A stretch of 17,488 bases of DNA from Nitrososphaeria archaeon (GCA_050011875.1 JBEKIG010000026.1:1-17488), one strand, 5' to 3'. Shown: positions 7,663 to 16,604, counted from the stretch's first letter. Made by a program: numbers and translations. Notes: generated from the sequence alone by a model not told the origin.

Positions 7663-8289
7663 ACACTGCACCTGAAACAAGAACGTGTTTCTCAATATAA
7701 ATAGTTTTTTGGTTGGCCTTGCTACTTCTTTTGTTAGGCATGCACGAAAAAAAGTGAGAAATTTTAGTCGCTATATAAATATGGTAGAAGCTGAATAGGA
7801 CTAGCATTCCGTAATAATGTTGTCTATGTAAGGTTCAACGAGGCTGGGATAAAGTGAGGAAAGATGGAATATAACTGAAACTTCTTGAGGAGTTTATTAA
7901 GAAAATAGGAGGAACACCGTGTTCCTTGACTGTTATGCCTTATAATTTTAGAAGACGAGAAAGACGATCAAGACACAATAATCCTGATAAATCAACTCCT
8001 TAGCCTTAAGTTTCTAAATAGTTATCTTCAGCTTTGCTGTGCTCATGCTTTCCAAAATGACTTCGTTTTAATATTAGTGATGCCCACGGAAGAAGTCAGA
8101 GTTCAAAGTATTCGCCTACTGTTTGCGGACTGGATTCGTTCTCTTCTGAACTATTTAGCGTTTCAAAGTTACTTGGTTCTTTTCTTCAACGTGTCTTGTT
8201 ATAGTAGATAAACTTGAATAGCGTTGATAATTACTGTTAAGCAGTTGGCCATTATAAGGCCAAAAGAGATAAAAATAGAGAATATTCTA

Positions 8290-9321
8290 ATGAGGATGAA
8301 CGGATGTGCTGTGGAAATCAAGATAGTCACAAGAACGGATTGGCCATCTTTCAGTAACATTGCATCGACTATATGTAAGGCAATCAGGCCCATATGTGCA
8401 TGTACAGTGCAGGATTGGAAAACTGCTACTCCTGGCGGATACATACTTTTCATCGATACTGTGCATGCTGAATCCCTTAAATTCCTTGAAAAGATTTTGT
8501 TGAAGAGCAATGTCGTCTTCTATGGCACAACAGAAGGGATGAGCCTTCTCGACCCCAAGTCGCTTGCTGTTGCAAAACGTGCCACAATAGTTGCTGTAAG
8601 CAATTTTGTGAAGCAGATGCTGGAAGAAATTGGAGTACCAGTAGCCGGAGTATTGCATCATGCACTAGATATGGAAGACAAAGATGTAGACCCTCATTCT
8701 TGCAAGAAATGGAAAATGAGAACGGAAGGAAAGGCAGTTGTTCTGACGATCTCCGCAAATCACCCAAGAAAAGGTTTAGAATTACTATTAGAGGCTTACA
8801 GAGCTGTAGAACAAAAAGTAGAAGACACATTCCTCATCATACATTCACAACAACATGGCTATTGTGACTTGGACAAAGAGGCAAAAAAAAGCGGTATCAG
8901 AAGATTTCATTTTACAAATAGATTTGGAGAGATGAGACAACAGGAGATTAATGCACTTTATAAGATATGTAAAGTATATGTCCAACCTAGCCTCTCGGAA
9001 GGCTTCGGCCTACCTATTATAGAGGCTTTTCGATTCAACAAGCCAGTTATCGCAGTAGATGCACCACCCTTCAACGAAATAATCAAGCATAGGAAAAGTG
9101 GAATCCTTGTACCGCCTACAGATATTAGATGGCACAACTTCGAGAACAAAGTAAACTTCAAAATGCACAACTATAGTGCAGAGGATTTAGCAGACGCAAT
9201 CATTGAGTGCATTTCGAATAAAGTCCTCTATACTAGAATGCGAACTAATATACTCAGAGAAAAACACAACTGGGACGCACAAAAACTCTATCCAAAACTT
9301 CTGGACTACTTTAAAAGGTAA
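8290..9321 (+). CDS. Glycosyltransferase family 4 (GT-B, retaining)
   Basis: AVSNFV, HPRKG and VQPSLSEGFGLPIIEAF (E-x7-E) motifs and KPVIA. The start is uncertain (TTG 8224, ATG 8290/8296 or GTG 8311). Confidence 0.92.
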   Translation: MRMNGCAVEIKIVTRTDWPSFSNIASTICKAIRPICACTVQDWKTATPGGYILFIDTVHAESLKFLEKILLKSNVVFYGTTEGMSLLDPKSLAVAKRATIVAVSNFVKQMLEEIGVPVAGVLHHALDMEDKDVDPHSCKKWKMRTEGKAVVLTISANHPRKGLELLLEAYRAVEQKVEDTFLIIHSQQHGYCDLDKEAKKSGIRRFHFTNRFGEMRQQEINALYKICKVYVQPSLSEGFGLPIIEAFRFNKPVIAVDAPPFNEIIKHRKSGILVPPTDIRWHNFENKVNFKMHNYSAEDLADAIIECISNKVLYTRMRTNILREKHNWDAQKLYPKLLDYFKR

Positions 9322-9400
9322 CGATACAACCTGAACAACGTAGATTGAGTTTTTCCCATAAGATTTAAGTTCGACCTTCATAAAGTATACTAGAATACAA

Positions 9401-10048
9401 ATGGCTATCACTATCGATAAGATCGTAGCATACATTATAGAGTTGGGCATGATGCTTCTTCAAGTAGCGATCGTTTTGGTTGTAGCGATAGTTGTAGGGA
9501 AAATAGGTGGATGGATGGTAAACAAAGTGTTTAGCAGGGTTCATATTGTTGAAAGCTTTAGAAAGAGCTCTATAGGACGGGCAATACTAAGAGCGGGATA
9601 CACTCCTGCATCATTTCTTGCGACCTGCTTCAAATTCGTGGTCTACGTTTTTGCATTGTTCGTGATAATTGACATCTTCTTCCCAGAGAACCAAATGGTT
9701 TCGAATGCGCTGGCATTCATTCCAAAGTTAATTGGTGCAGGCCTTATACTTCTGCTTGGATCCTTCTTTGGAGACAGCGTGGAAGAAGTCTTTGTCACAG
9801 GTGTACAAGTAGGAAACCAGATAAAGGTCAGCCTAGGTCAGGTTTTAAGGTTTGTCGTCTACTTCGTTTCGATAACCATAGCATTGGCGTATCTAGGATT
9901 TGATGTGACAATACTCTACATCTTTGCACAAGCAGCTGCACTTGCAATTGGAATTTCTTTTGGGGTCATAATCGCGATATTACTGATAAGCGAATACAGG
10001 GAGGACTTCAAAACCTTGCTTAAGAAGGAGGTTAGTAATGAAGGTTGA
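9401..10048 (+). CDS. MscS/CmpX-like transmembrane protein (TM-helix repeats, no cytoplasmic MscS cage)
   Basis: Two repeated membrane units (AIVLVVAIVVGKIGG...FKFVVYVFALFVII and FIPKLIGAGLILLLG...LRFVVYFVSITIALAYLGFDVT) followed by AAALAIGISFG, similar to MscS TM2-TM3. Confidence 0.75.
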   Translation: MAITIDKIVAYIIELGMMLLQVAIVLVVAIVVGKIGGWMVNKVFSRVHIVESFRKSSIGRAILRAGYTPASFLATCFKFVVYVFALFVIIDIFFPENQMVSNALAFIPKLIGAGLILLLGSFFGDSVEEVFVTGVQVGNQIKVSLGQVLRFVVYFVSITIALAYLGFDVTILYIFAQAAALAIGISFGVIIAILLISEYREDFKTLLKKEVSNEG

Positions 10049-10775
10049 AGCTATGTTCTTTGATTATGATGGAACCCTTAGCCCAATAGATGTTGGAAGG
10101 GAAGAAGCAGGCCTCTCGCCAACACTTGAGCACACATTAGTTCGCCTTTCGAAAAAAACATTAATTGGAGTCGTAACAACCAAGGACTTTAAATTCATCA
10201 GCAGAAGAGCTGGCTTCGCACAGGTCTTAGCATGTGTAGGCGGACTTGAAATTTTATCCAAAGGAGATGGAGAATACAGGGTTTTCTATAAATATAGAAA
10301 GGGAAAGCAACTAAAAATCCAAACTTTATATAAAGGAATTCCTCGCAACTTATTCTTCGTTGAGGAGAAGCATTTCTTCACAGGAGAAGTCGTAGGCTTT
10401 TGCTTAGACTGGAGAGGACAATACGGTTCATTCAATAAAATAAAAGATTACGTGAATTATGTAAGGGAAAAAGCACGTAAGAGTTCTCTATACATAGTCC
10501 AAGGAAGAAACTCACCATTCTTAGATGTCTATTTATCAAGAATTGATAAAGGTATGGCTGTCAAAAGAATCAGCAGGAAATTCGCTTTGAACCTGGCGAA
10601 TTGTATGTACTTTGGTGATTCGGAGATAGATAATAGTGCATTTAGGAGCGTAGGCTTTTCTTTTGGTGTACTACATAAAGAAAATAAGAACACTAGACTT
10701 GAATGTGACAGATACGTTAAGTTGGAGGATCTTCCTGTATTCCTTAAAGACTTACTAATTTCTTTTAATGCTTAA
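10038..10775 (+). CDS. HAD subfamily IIB phosphatase, trehalose-6-phosphate-phosphatase-like
   Basis: Motif I FFDYDGTLSPI, motif II VVTTK, cap-domain LDWR, motif III DKG and motif IV YFGDSEID. RBS AGGAGGT. Overlaps both neighbouring genes. Confidence 0.85.
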   Translation: MKVEAMFFDYDGTLSPIDVGREEAGLSPTLEHTLVRLSKKTLIGVVTTKDFKFISRRAGFAQVLACVGGLEILSKGDGEYRVFYKYRKGKQLKIQTLYKGIPRNLFFVEEKHFFTGEVVGFCLDWRGQYGSFNKIKDYVNYVREKARKSSLYIVQGRNSPFLDVYLSRIDKGMAVKRISRKFALNLANCMYFGDSEIDNSAFRSVGFSFGVLHKENKNTRLECDRYVKLEDLPVFLKDLLISFNA

Positions 10776-12054
10776 GATTGGACGGTCGAACGATTTGGTA
10801 AAGCCTTCCGACGGGCTGAGAGTTGGTATAATAATGTATCAGACGAGCAACAGCAAGGGGCAGGAACTAGTCGCCCAAAGAATGACCAGAGAATTCATCA
10901 GACTTGGTCATAGCGCATACTTGATTACTTCGCCATATAAGGATGGGAAAAGGGTAATATCCGACGAACTCTTCGAAAAAAGTGAGAAGGGTTATCTTGT
11001 CGTTGAAAACGACACAATGCAAATCCCAATTATTAGGGTGAATGGTTACATTAGCTCTTGGCCACCCAGGAGGATAATGTTCAGAGATTTCATCAGCGTT
11101 CTTAAAAGGATAGTCGATGATCTAAACTTGAATACGATAATAACCCATAGTACGTTATGGAATGGCCCAGAGGAAGTCGTCAAGTTTTCAGAATGGTGGA
11201 ATATACTGTACGAAAGTAAGATGGTAGATCATTCGTTGATATATCTTCACATGTCCCACTATCAGCCTCCATTAGTATCAAGGTATGAGCCCATAGAGCT
11301 GGCGTATAGAGTTGCATGGAACAGGTCATTTTTCCCTTTGATCTTTAAGAAAGCCGATCTGATACTGTGCACTACTCCCATTGAAATGGAACATATGACC
11401 AAGTTGGGATGCCCACCAAAAAAGTTATTTCTTTACCTGGGTGTGCTTGACGAAAACCTAGTCGAATTAGGTGCCAAAGCATCTCTCACGAACTTTGCTA
11501 GAAAATATAATATACCAGAGGATAAGAAGATAGTCTCGTACATTGGAACAATGGAAAAGAGGAAGAACCCTCTTGCAGTAGCGAAGGTAGCTCGTCTGCT
11601 CTCAAATCAGAGAGATCTATATTTCGTTCTAGCTGGAAGACCTGGAGGCCAAGAAAAGGAAGTTAAACGTGAAATTAGAAACTTGAACAACATTAAGTAC
11701 GTAGGCGAAATATCAGACTCGGACAAGGCAGACCTCTTAAGCGGATCCTACGTCAACATTATTCTTAGTCATATGGAAGCTTTAGGTCTGACGCAGATTG
11801 AATCCATGTACTTTGGAGTTCCAATCCTGACATCAGCAACTGATGGCCAACGTTGGTTGGTCAGAGACAAAGTAGATGGAATTCACTTGAAAGGTCCTGA
11901 GGATATTGGCGGCGCAGTCGAAAGTCTGCGCTATCTTGCAGAACGTCCAGAAGAGAGGGCGAGGTTATCAGCAAATGTCAAAGAAAGGGCGAAAATGTTT
12001 CTAATGACCACCATAATCTCTTCACTAATTGAGAAAATCATGACTATAATGTAA
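10768..12054 (+). CDS. Glycosyltransferase family 4 (candidate non-classical trehalose-6-phosphate synthase or activator GT)
   Basis: N-terminal SKGQELVA loop, GTMEKRKN and LSHMEALGLTQIESM (E-x7-E). Translationally coupled to the HAD gene. The specific function is inferred from context. Confidence 0.88.
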   Translation: MLKIGRSNDLVKPSDGLRVGIIMYQTSNSKGQELVAQRMTREFIRLGHSAYLITSPYKDGKRVISDELFEKSEKGYLVVENDTMQIPIIRVNGYISSWPPRRIMFRDFISVLKRIVDDLNLNTIITHSTLWNGPEEVVKFSEWWNILYESKMVDHSLIYLHMSHYQPPLVSRYEPIELAYRVAWNRSFFPLIFKKADLILCTTPIEMEHMTKLGCPPKKLFLYLGVLDENLVELGAKASLTNFARKYNIPEDKKIVSYIGTMEKRKNPLAVAKVARLLSNQRDLYFVLAGRPGGQEKEVKREIRNLNNIKYVGEISDSDKADLLSGSYVNIILSHMEALGLTQIESMYFGVPILTSATDGQRWLVRDKVDGIHLKGPEDIGGAVESLRYLAERPEERARLSANVKERAKMFLMTTIISSLIEKIMTIM

Positions 12055-12127
12055 TCTATTTTAATATCCATATGATATTAAATAGAGTTAATTAACTATA
12101 AACTTTAAATAATATAAGTATTTCATA
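12050..12127 (+). promoter_or_regulatory. Direct repeat copy 2: putative hydrogenase operon promoter with palindrome AGTTAATTAACT (12086-12097) and TATA box TTTAAATA (12104-12111)
   Basis: A perfect 12-bp palindrome sits just upstream of a BRE/TATA-like AAAC-TTTAAATA, about 45 nt before the hydB ATG. The block is conserved in copy 1. Confidence 0.7.
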
Positions 12128-12154
12128 ATCCAATTATTAATTTGGAGCTAGAAC

Positions 12155-13177
12155 ATGACAAACTTCATCATGCCTGAAGAAGGTTTGGAACATCTAATTA
12201 AGACGCTGTGCGGATCGTATGAGGTTTTTGGGCCGGTCCGGAAAGGTGTTGAATGCAGTTTCGAGAAGATTACATCAGCAAAGGACCTCTGGCTCGATTA
12301 CCCGACGACGATATTGCCTCCTAAGAAGTTCTTTACTCCTCCGAGGGAAACTATCTTCACATTTAAGGAAGATAAGATTTCAAAGATAGAGGACATGATA
12401 CCAGAAGAGAGACAGATCCTTCTTGGGGTTCATTCATGTGATATGGCTTCATTTACATTTTTGGACAGAGTCTTTCTAGGCTTTAGAAGCGATCCAAGAT
12501 ATCTTAGGCGTAGAAACAACTTTCTTATATTTGCTCTCACGTGTAAGAAAGTTTCAGAGACATGTTTCTGTCAGTCAATGGGGACAGGCCCCGAAGCGCC
12601 TTCCGGATATGACGTACTGATGACCGATATTGGTGGAAGATATTTGTTGGAAGCGTCTTCTAGTGGAGGAAACGCGCTATTAGGATCGCTAGGGTTTCAG
12701 CAGGCCACAGTTGAGGATTTTGAAGCAAAGCGGGGATGCCTTGAAAGCTTGAAGGGACAGTTCAAAAAGGCTGTAAACCGATCTGGATTGGTGGAATTAG
12801 CCTACAACAATCAGGAGCATCCCGTTTGGAAGAAATATGGGAATATATGTGTAGCTTGCGGACAGTGCGCGATGGTCTGCCCCACATGCTTCTGCTTCGA
12901 TGTCAAGGACAGGATGGACCTATCCCTACAAAGCGGAGAAAGATACCGGGAATGGGATGTCTGTCTTCTCCTTGAGTTCGCTGAAGTTGCTTTGGGCGGT
13001 AACTTCAGGAAATCGAGGGATGCTAGGCTCAGGCAGTTCATGTGCCATAATCTAAGTTACGGCGTAATGCAATATAATTTAATGAAGTGCGTGGGATGTG
13101 GACGTTGCATAAAGGCTTGCCCTGTCCAGATAGACATTACTGAAATCGCAAGGGAGTTGAGGGAGGTGTCGAGTTGA
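12155..13177 (+). CDS. hydB: Group 3b [NiFe] hydrogenase (sulfhydrogenase) beta subunit, 4Fe-4S dicluster
   Basis: PPKKFF, GVHSCD, CFCQSMGTGP, CVACGQCAMVCPTCFC and CVGCGRCIKACP motifs. First gene of a BGDA operon. Confidence 0.95.
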   Translation: MTNFIMPEEGLEHLIKTLCGSYEVFGPVRKGVECSFEKITSAKDLWLDYPTTILPPKKFFTPPRETIFTFKEDKISKIEDMIPEERQILLGVHSCDMASFTFLDRVFLGFRSDPRYLRRRNNFLIFALTCKKVSETCFCQSMGTGPEAPSGYDVLMTDIGGRYLLEASSSGGNALLGSLGFQQATVEDFEAKRGCLESLKGQFKKAVNRSGLVELAYNNQEHPVWKKYGNICVACGQCAMVCPTCFCFDVKDRMDLSLQSGERYREWDVCLLLEFAEVALGGNFRKSRDARLRQFMCHNLSYGVMQYNLMKCVGCGRCIKACPVQIDITEIARELREVSS

Positions 13178-14010
13178 AGGACCCATATGAGAGAGACGTG
13201 GCAGAGATACTAGGGGTCCAGCTTGAGACTTCCAACACTAAGACCTTTGTTATGAAGTTTCTTGATGAAGGAAGACAGAGTAACTTTAGCTTTATACCTG
13301 GCCAGTTCATTGTCATATCGATTCCAGGTGTTGGAGAAGCGATGTTCTCGATATCGTCTAGCACATCAAATCATGAGAACTTTTCTACAACGATACGGAA
13401 CGTCGGCAGGGTGACAGGAATGATACATAAGTACAACGTTGGGGACAGGATATTGGTGGGAGGACCATATGGAAGCGGATGGCCGATGGGTCAGCTTGAA
13501 GGCAAAGATATTATGATCGTGACCGGCGGCATAGGTCTTCCTTCTCCAAGGCCCGTGATAAACTACATAAATGAGCATCGAAGAGATTTTGGTTCTCTAG
13601 AGATTTTGTACGGCACAAGAACTCCCGCAGAGAGCGTCTTTGCTTGGGAACAAGAAGCTTGGAGAAAGATGGAAAGCACTCGGCTAGCACTGTGCGTGGA
13701 CTATGTACCTGAAGGGGTTCAGTGGGAGCATAAGGTGGGAGTTGTTACGACACTGTGCGAGGAGATGGTGACGAAGCCAAGAAATGCTGTCGCCCTTATC
13801 TGTGGGCCCGAGGTCATGATGCACTTTGTCGTCTTAGACTTGTTGAAAAGAGGTTTTCATGAAGACCAGCTTTACCTAAGCTTGGAGCGTAGGATGCGGT
13901 GCGGCATAGCGCAGTGTGGACACTGCCAGCTTGGACCGAAGTTCGTGTGCAAAGACGGACCTGTCTTCAGGTACTCAGAAATCATGGGACTTCCTGACTG
14001 TGGCATTTAA
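13174..14010 (+). CDS. hydG: Group 3b hydrogenase gamma subunit (FAD/NAD(P)-binding, 2Fe-2S)
   Basis: PGQF, FSISS, GPYGSGWP, GGIG, CGPEVMM and ERRMRCGIAQCGHCQ...CKDGPVF motifs. TTG start with a GGAGGTG RBS, overlapping the hydB stop. Confidence 0.95.
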   Translation: MKDPYERDVAEILGVQLETSNTKTFVMKFLDEGRQSNFSFIPGQFIVISIPGVGEAMFSISSSTSNHENFSTTIRNVGRVTGMIHKYNVGDRILVGGPYGSGWPMGQLEGKDIMIVTGGIGLPSPRPVINYINEHRRDFGSLEILYGTRTPAESVFAWEQEAWRKMESTRLALCVDYVPEGVQWEHKVGVVTTLCEEMVTKPRNAVALICGPEVMMHFVVLDLLKRGFHEDQLYLSLERRMRCGIAQCGHCQLGPKFVCKDGPVFRYSEIMGLPDCGI

Positions 14011-14025
14011 TGGAGGTTGAGACGA

Positions 14026-14793
14026 ATGCCAACAGAGAAAAAGCTCAGAGTTGCCGTATACAAGTTCACAGGTTGCGCGGGATGCCAGATGGAGTTTCTT
14101 AGGCTGGAGGACGAACTCCTAGACATTGTCAAGAAGATTGAGTTCGTCTACTTTAAGATGGCACAGAACAGAGATGAACTTGAACGATATGACCTATGCT
14201 TTGTAGAGGGCTCGGTCTCTACACCTAGAGAACTTGAAGAGATCAAGTTGATAAGGGCGCAGACGAAAACCCTAATCGCATTCGGGGACTGCGCGATAAC
14301 AGGCTGTGTTCCATCCATTCGAAACTGGCTTTCGCAGTCTGAAGTGGAAAGGGCAGTCTATAGAGACACTTCTCCCATAAGATCCTTTAAAGTGGGCGGA
14401 ATAGGAGAATACGTTCCTGTCGACATATCGTTATCTGGTTGCCCCCCTCACAAGGATATGATATTTGCGACGATAAGGTCTTCTCTGCTCGGTATAAGGC
14501 CTGACCTGCGGAAGCACGCGGTCTGCATGGAGTGCAAGCTACGCGAAAACGTCTGCATATTGACAAGCCTTAGCAAACTGTGTATGGGTCCGGTTACGAG
14601 GGGTGGTTGTGGTGCAATATGTCCCACGTATGGAAGGGAATGTGAAGGATGTTATGGACCGATGAGTGATGCGAACCCGTCCCCACTCGCTTCGGAGTTT
14701 CGCAGGCTTGGAATTAGCACCGACGATCTCGTTAGAAAGTTCAGAAAATATGCGGGAACATCTAAGGAATTTCGGGAGGTTTCAGGACTATGA
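14026..14793 (+). CDS. hydD: Group 3b hydrogenase delta (small) subunit
   Basis: CAGC, EGSV, GDCA and GCPP proximal-cluster motifs, then CMECK...CMGP...CGAICP...CEGC. The ATG at 14026 is preferred over the TTG at 14017 because GGAGGT lies at 14012-14017. Confidence 0.95.
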   Translation: MPTEKKLRVAVYKFTGCAGCQMEFLRLEDELLDIVKKIEFVYFKMAQNRDELERYDLCFVEGSVSTPRELEEIKLIRAQTKTLIAFGDCAITGCVPSIRNWLSQSEVERAVYRDTSPIRSFKVGGIGEYVPVDISLSGCPPHKDMIFATIRSSLLGIRPDLRKHAVCMECKLRENVCILTSLSKLCMGPVTRGGCGAICPTYGRECEGCYGPMSDANPSPLASEFRRLGISTDDLVRKFRKYAGTSKEFREVSGL

Positions 14794-16094
14794 GTAAAAA
14801 AGAGGTTACAGATGCCAGGACTGATGCCAATAAGGCTGAGGTGAGCTATGTTGCCAGGGTGGAAGGGCAGGCTGGTATCAACGTCGAAGTTACAGGAGCG
14901 GGAGAAGCGAGTGCCCAGTTTAAAGTTTTTGAACCAATGAGATTCTTTGAGGCTTTCCTAGTCGGGAGGAGATATCACGAAGTCCATGAACTAGCTTCAA
15001 GAATCTGTGGTATCTGCCCGATAGCTCATCAAATGACCGCGCTCCGAGCTGTTGAAAATGCGTTTAAGGTCGAAGTTACAGCCCAGACAAGGGCTCTCAG
15101 GAGGCTCCTGTCTCTAAGCGCATGGATACAGAGCCACACGCTTAGCCTCTACTTTCTAACGGCACCCGACTACCTCGGCTTCGGCGGTGCATTCGAGATA
15201 GCAAAGGATAACATTGATGTCGTTAGGCAGGCGCTTAGGCTCAAGAAGTTGGGTAACGATATAGGAGAGCTAATAGGTGGAAGAGCGGTTCACCCTATTT
15301 CGGCGATTGTTGGAGGCTTCACAAAGGAGCCGACAAAGGAAGGCCTGGCTGAGATTAGGCTGAGGTTGAAGAAAGAAAAGGAAGCTATATGGGATGCGGT
15401 CGAACTGTTCCGCAGATTCGACTACCCTTCAGTTGACCGTGAGACAGAACTAGTAGCGATTTCAAGTGATGAGGAGTATGCCGTAAACGAGGGAAAACTC
15501 ACGTCCAGCAGTGGCCTCAACGTGCGCGAAGGAGAATACCGCACTCACGTGGAGGAGAAGGAAGTGAATTATTCTAATACAAAGAAATCATTTATTGACG
15601 GCAAGGAATTCCTTTCCGGCCCGATCGCTAGAGTGAGCCTTAATTATGGAAAGCTCACATCCGACGCAAAGAAGGCGTCTGACCAATTAGGGTTCAGTCC
15701 ACCTTCCTTTGACCCTTTCATGAATATTAAGGCGAGAGTTATCGAGATAGTCTATGCCCTGGACGAGGCTGTTAGGATAATTGACAACCTTAGGCTTGGC
15801 TTTAGTGAGCAGCCTATCAAAGCAGAGACAGGAACGCCATGCGAAGGCGCCGCACTTACAGAGGCGCCTAGAGGGCTTCTATACCACTGGTACAAGTTTG
15901 ATTCTTCCGGCACCGTGCAAAAGGCGGACATAGTTACGCCAACCGCACACAATTCCGCTAGTATTGAGAGTTCGCTCTGTTCGCTAGCGCCTAAGCTCCT
16001 CAAACAGGGTCAGGACCTGACTTTGGGATGTGAAAAACTCATTAGGGCCTATGACCCCTGTATATCGTGCTCAGTTCATGTGACAAGAATTTAA
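14790..16094 (+). CDS. hydA: Group 3b [NiFe] hydrogenase alpha (large) subunit
   Basis: RVEG, L1 RICGICPIAH, GRAVHP, EAPRGLLYH and L2 DPCISCSVH, followed by a 4-residue extension (VTRI). Confidence 0.97.
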   Translation: MSKKEVTDARTDANKAEVSYVARVEGQAGINVEVTGAGEASAQFKVFEPMRFFEAFLVGRRYHEVHELASRICGICPIAHQMTALRAVENAFKVEVTAQTRALRRLLSLSAWIQSHTLSLYFLTAPDYLGFGGAFEIAKDNIDVVRQALRLKKLGNDIGELIGGRAVHPISAIVGGFTKEPTKEGLAEIRLRLKKEKEAIWDAVELFRRFDYPSVDRETELVAISSDEEYAVNEGKLTSSSGLNVREGEYRTHVEEKEVNYSNTKKSFIDGKEFLSGPIARVSLNYGKLTSDAKKASDQLGFSPPSFDPFMNIKARVIEIVYALDEAVRIIDNLRLGFSEQPIKAETGTPCEGAALTEAPRGLLYHWYKFDSSGTVQKADIVTPTAHNSASIESSLCSLAPKLLKQGQDLTLGCEKLIRAYDPCISCSVHVTRI

Positions 16095-16604
16095 TAAGAA
16101 ATTAGACAAGCCCAAACGCACTCGGGAAATGTTTACGATGACTTTCGCAAGAAGTCGGATTCCAACCGAAGACTGGAACAGGATGATAAAGGATGTTTTT
16201 AAGCTCATCGAAGAAACCCGACTGAAATTTATCTATGACAAATAAATAATAGATAATGAATTATATTAATTATATAAGGATAAAATAATAAGTGTTCTCA
16301 TGTGTTAGAGCATCCATGTAAGAAGGAAAGAGAATTTGGGACGTTTAGAACTTGATGACCAAAAAATAAAGGTGAAAAGATAGAGAAGATAGTTAAAGAA
16401 CTTTAACGTAAAGGGCTAGGGGATAAACTAACTCAAATGTCCTATGCGTTATAATATTTAAAAAAAATTGAACGAACTTCAAACAGTTACATCTCTGACT
16501 AAAGCTCATGTGTCAGGTTACCGATAAATATAACCTACCAGCACCAGTTAAGACACTTTTTGACCTGTCTGGAATGAGTTTAGCGAGACATGGAAACGTT
16601 CACT

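Noticed and set aside
7700-8220. Intergenic stretch with short protein-like frames (e.g. KLLEEFIKKIGGTP)
   Set aside because: No start/RBS combination or family motif could be identified, so it cannot be supported as a gene or a defined pseudogene.
8199-9450. Several minus ORFs within or overlapping the first GT
   Set aside because: Antisense to a well-supported GT4 gene.
12811-16003. Minus ORFs inside hydB, hydG and hydA
   Set aside because: Antisense shadows of conserved hydrogenase genes.
16050-16094. Possible [NiFeSe] hydrogenase or recoding
   Set aside because: The L2 motif is DPCISC with ordinary Cys codons and there is no in-frame TGA.
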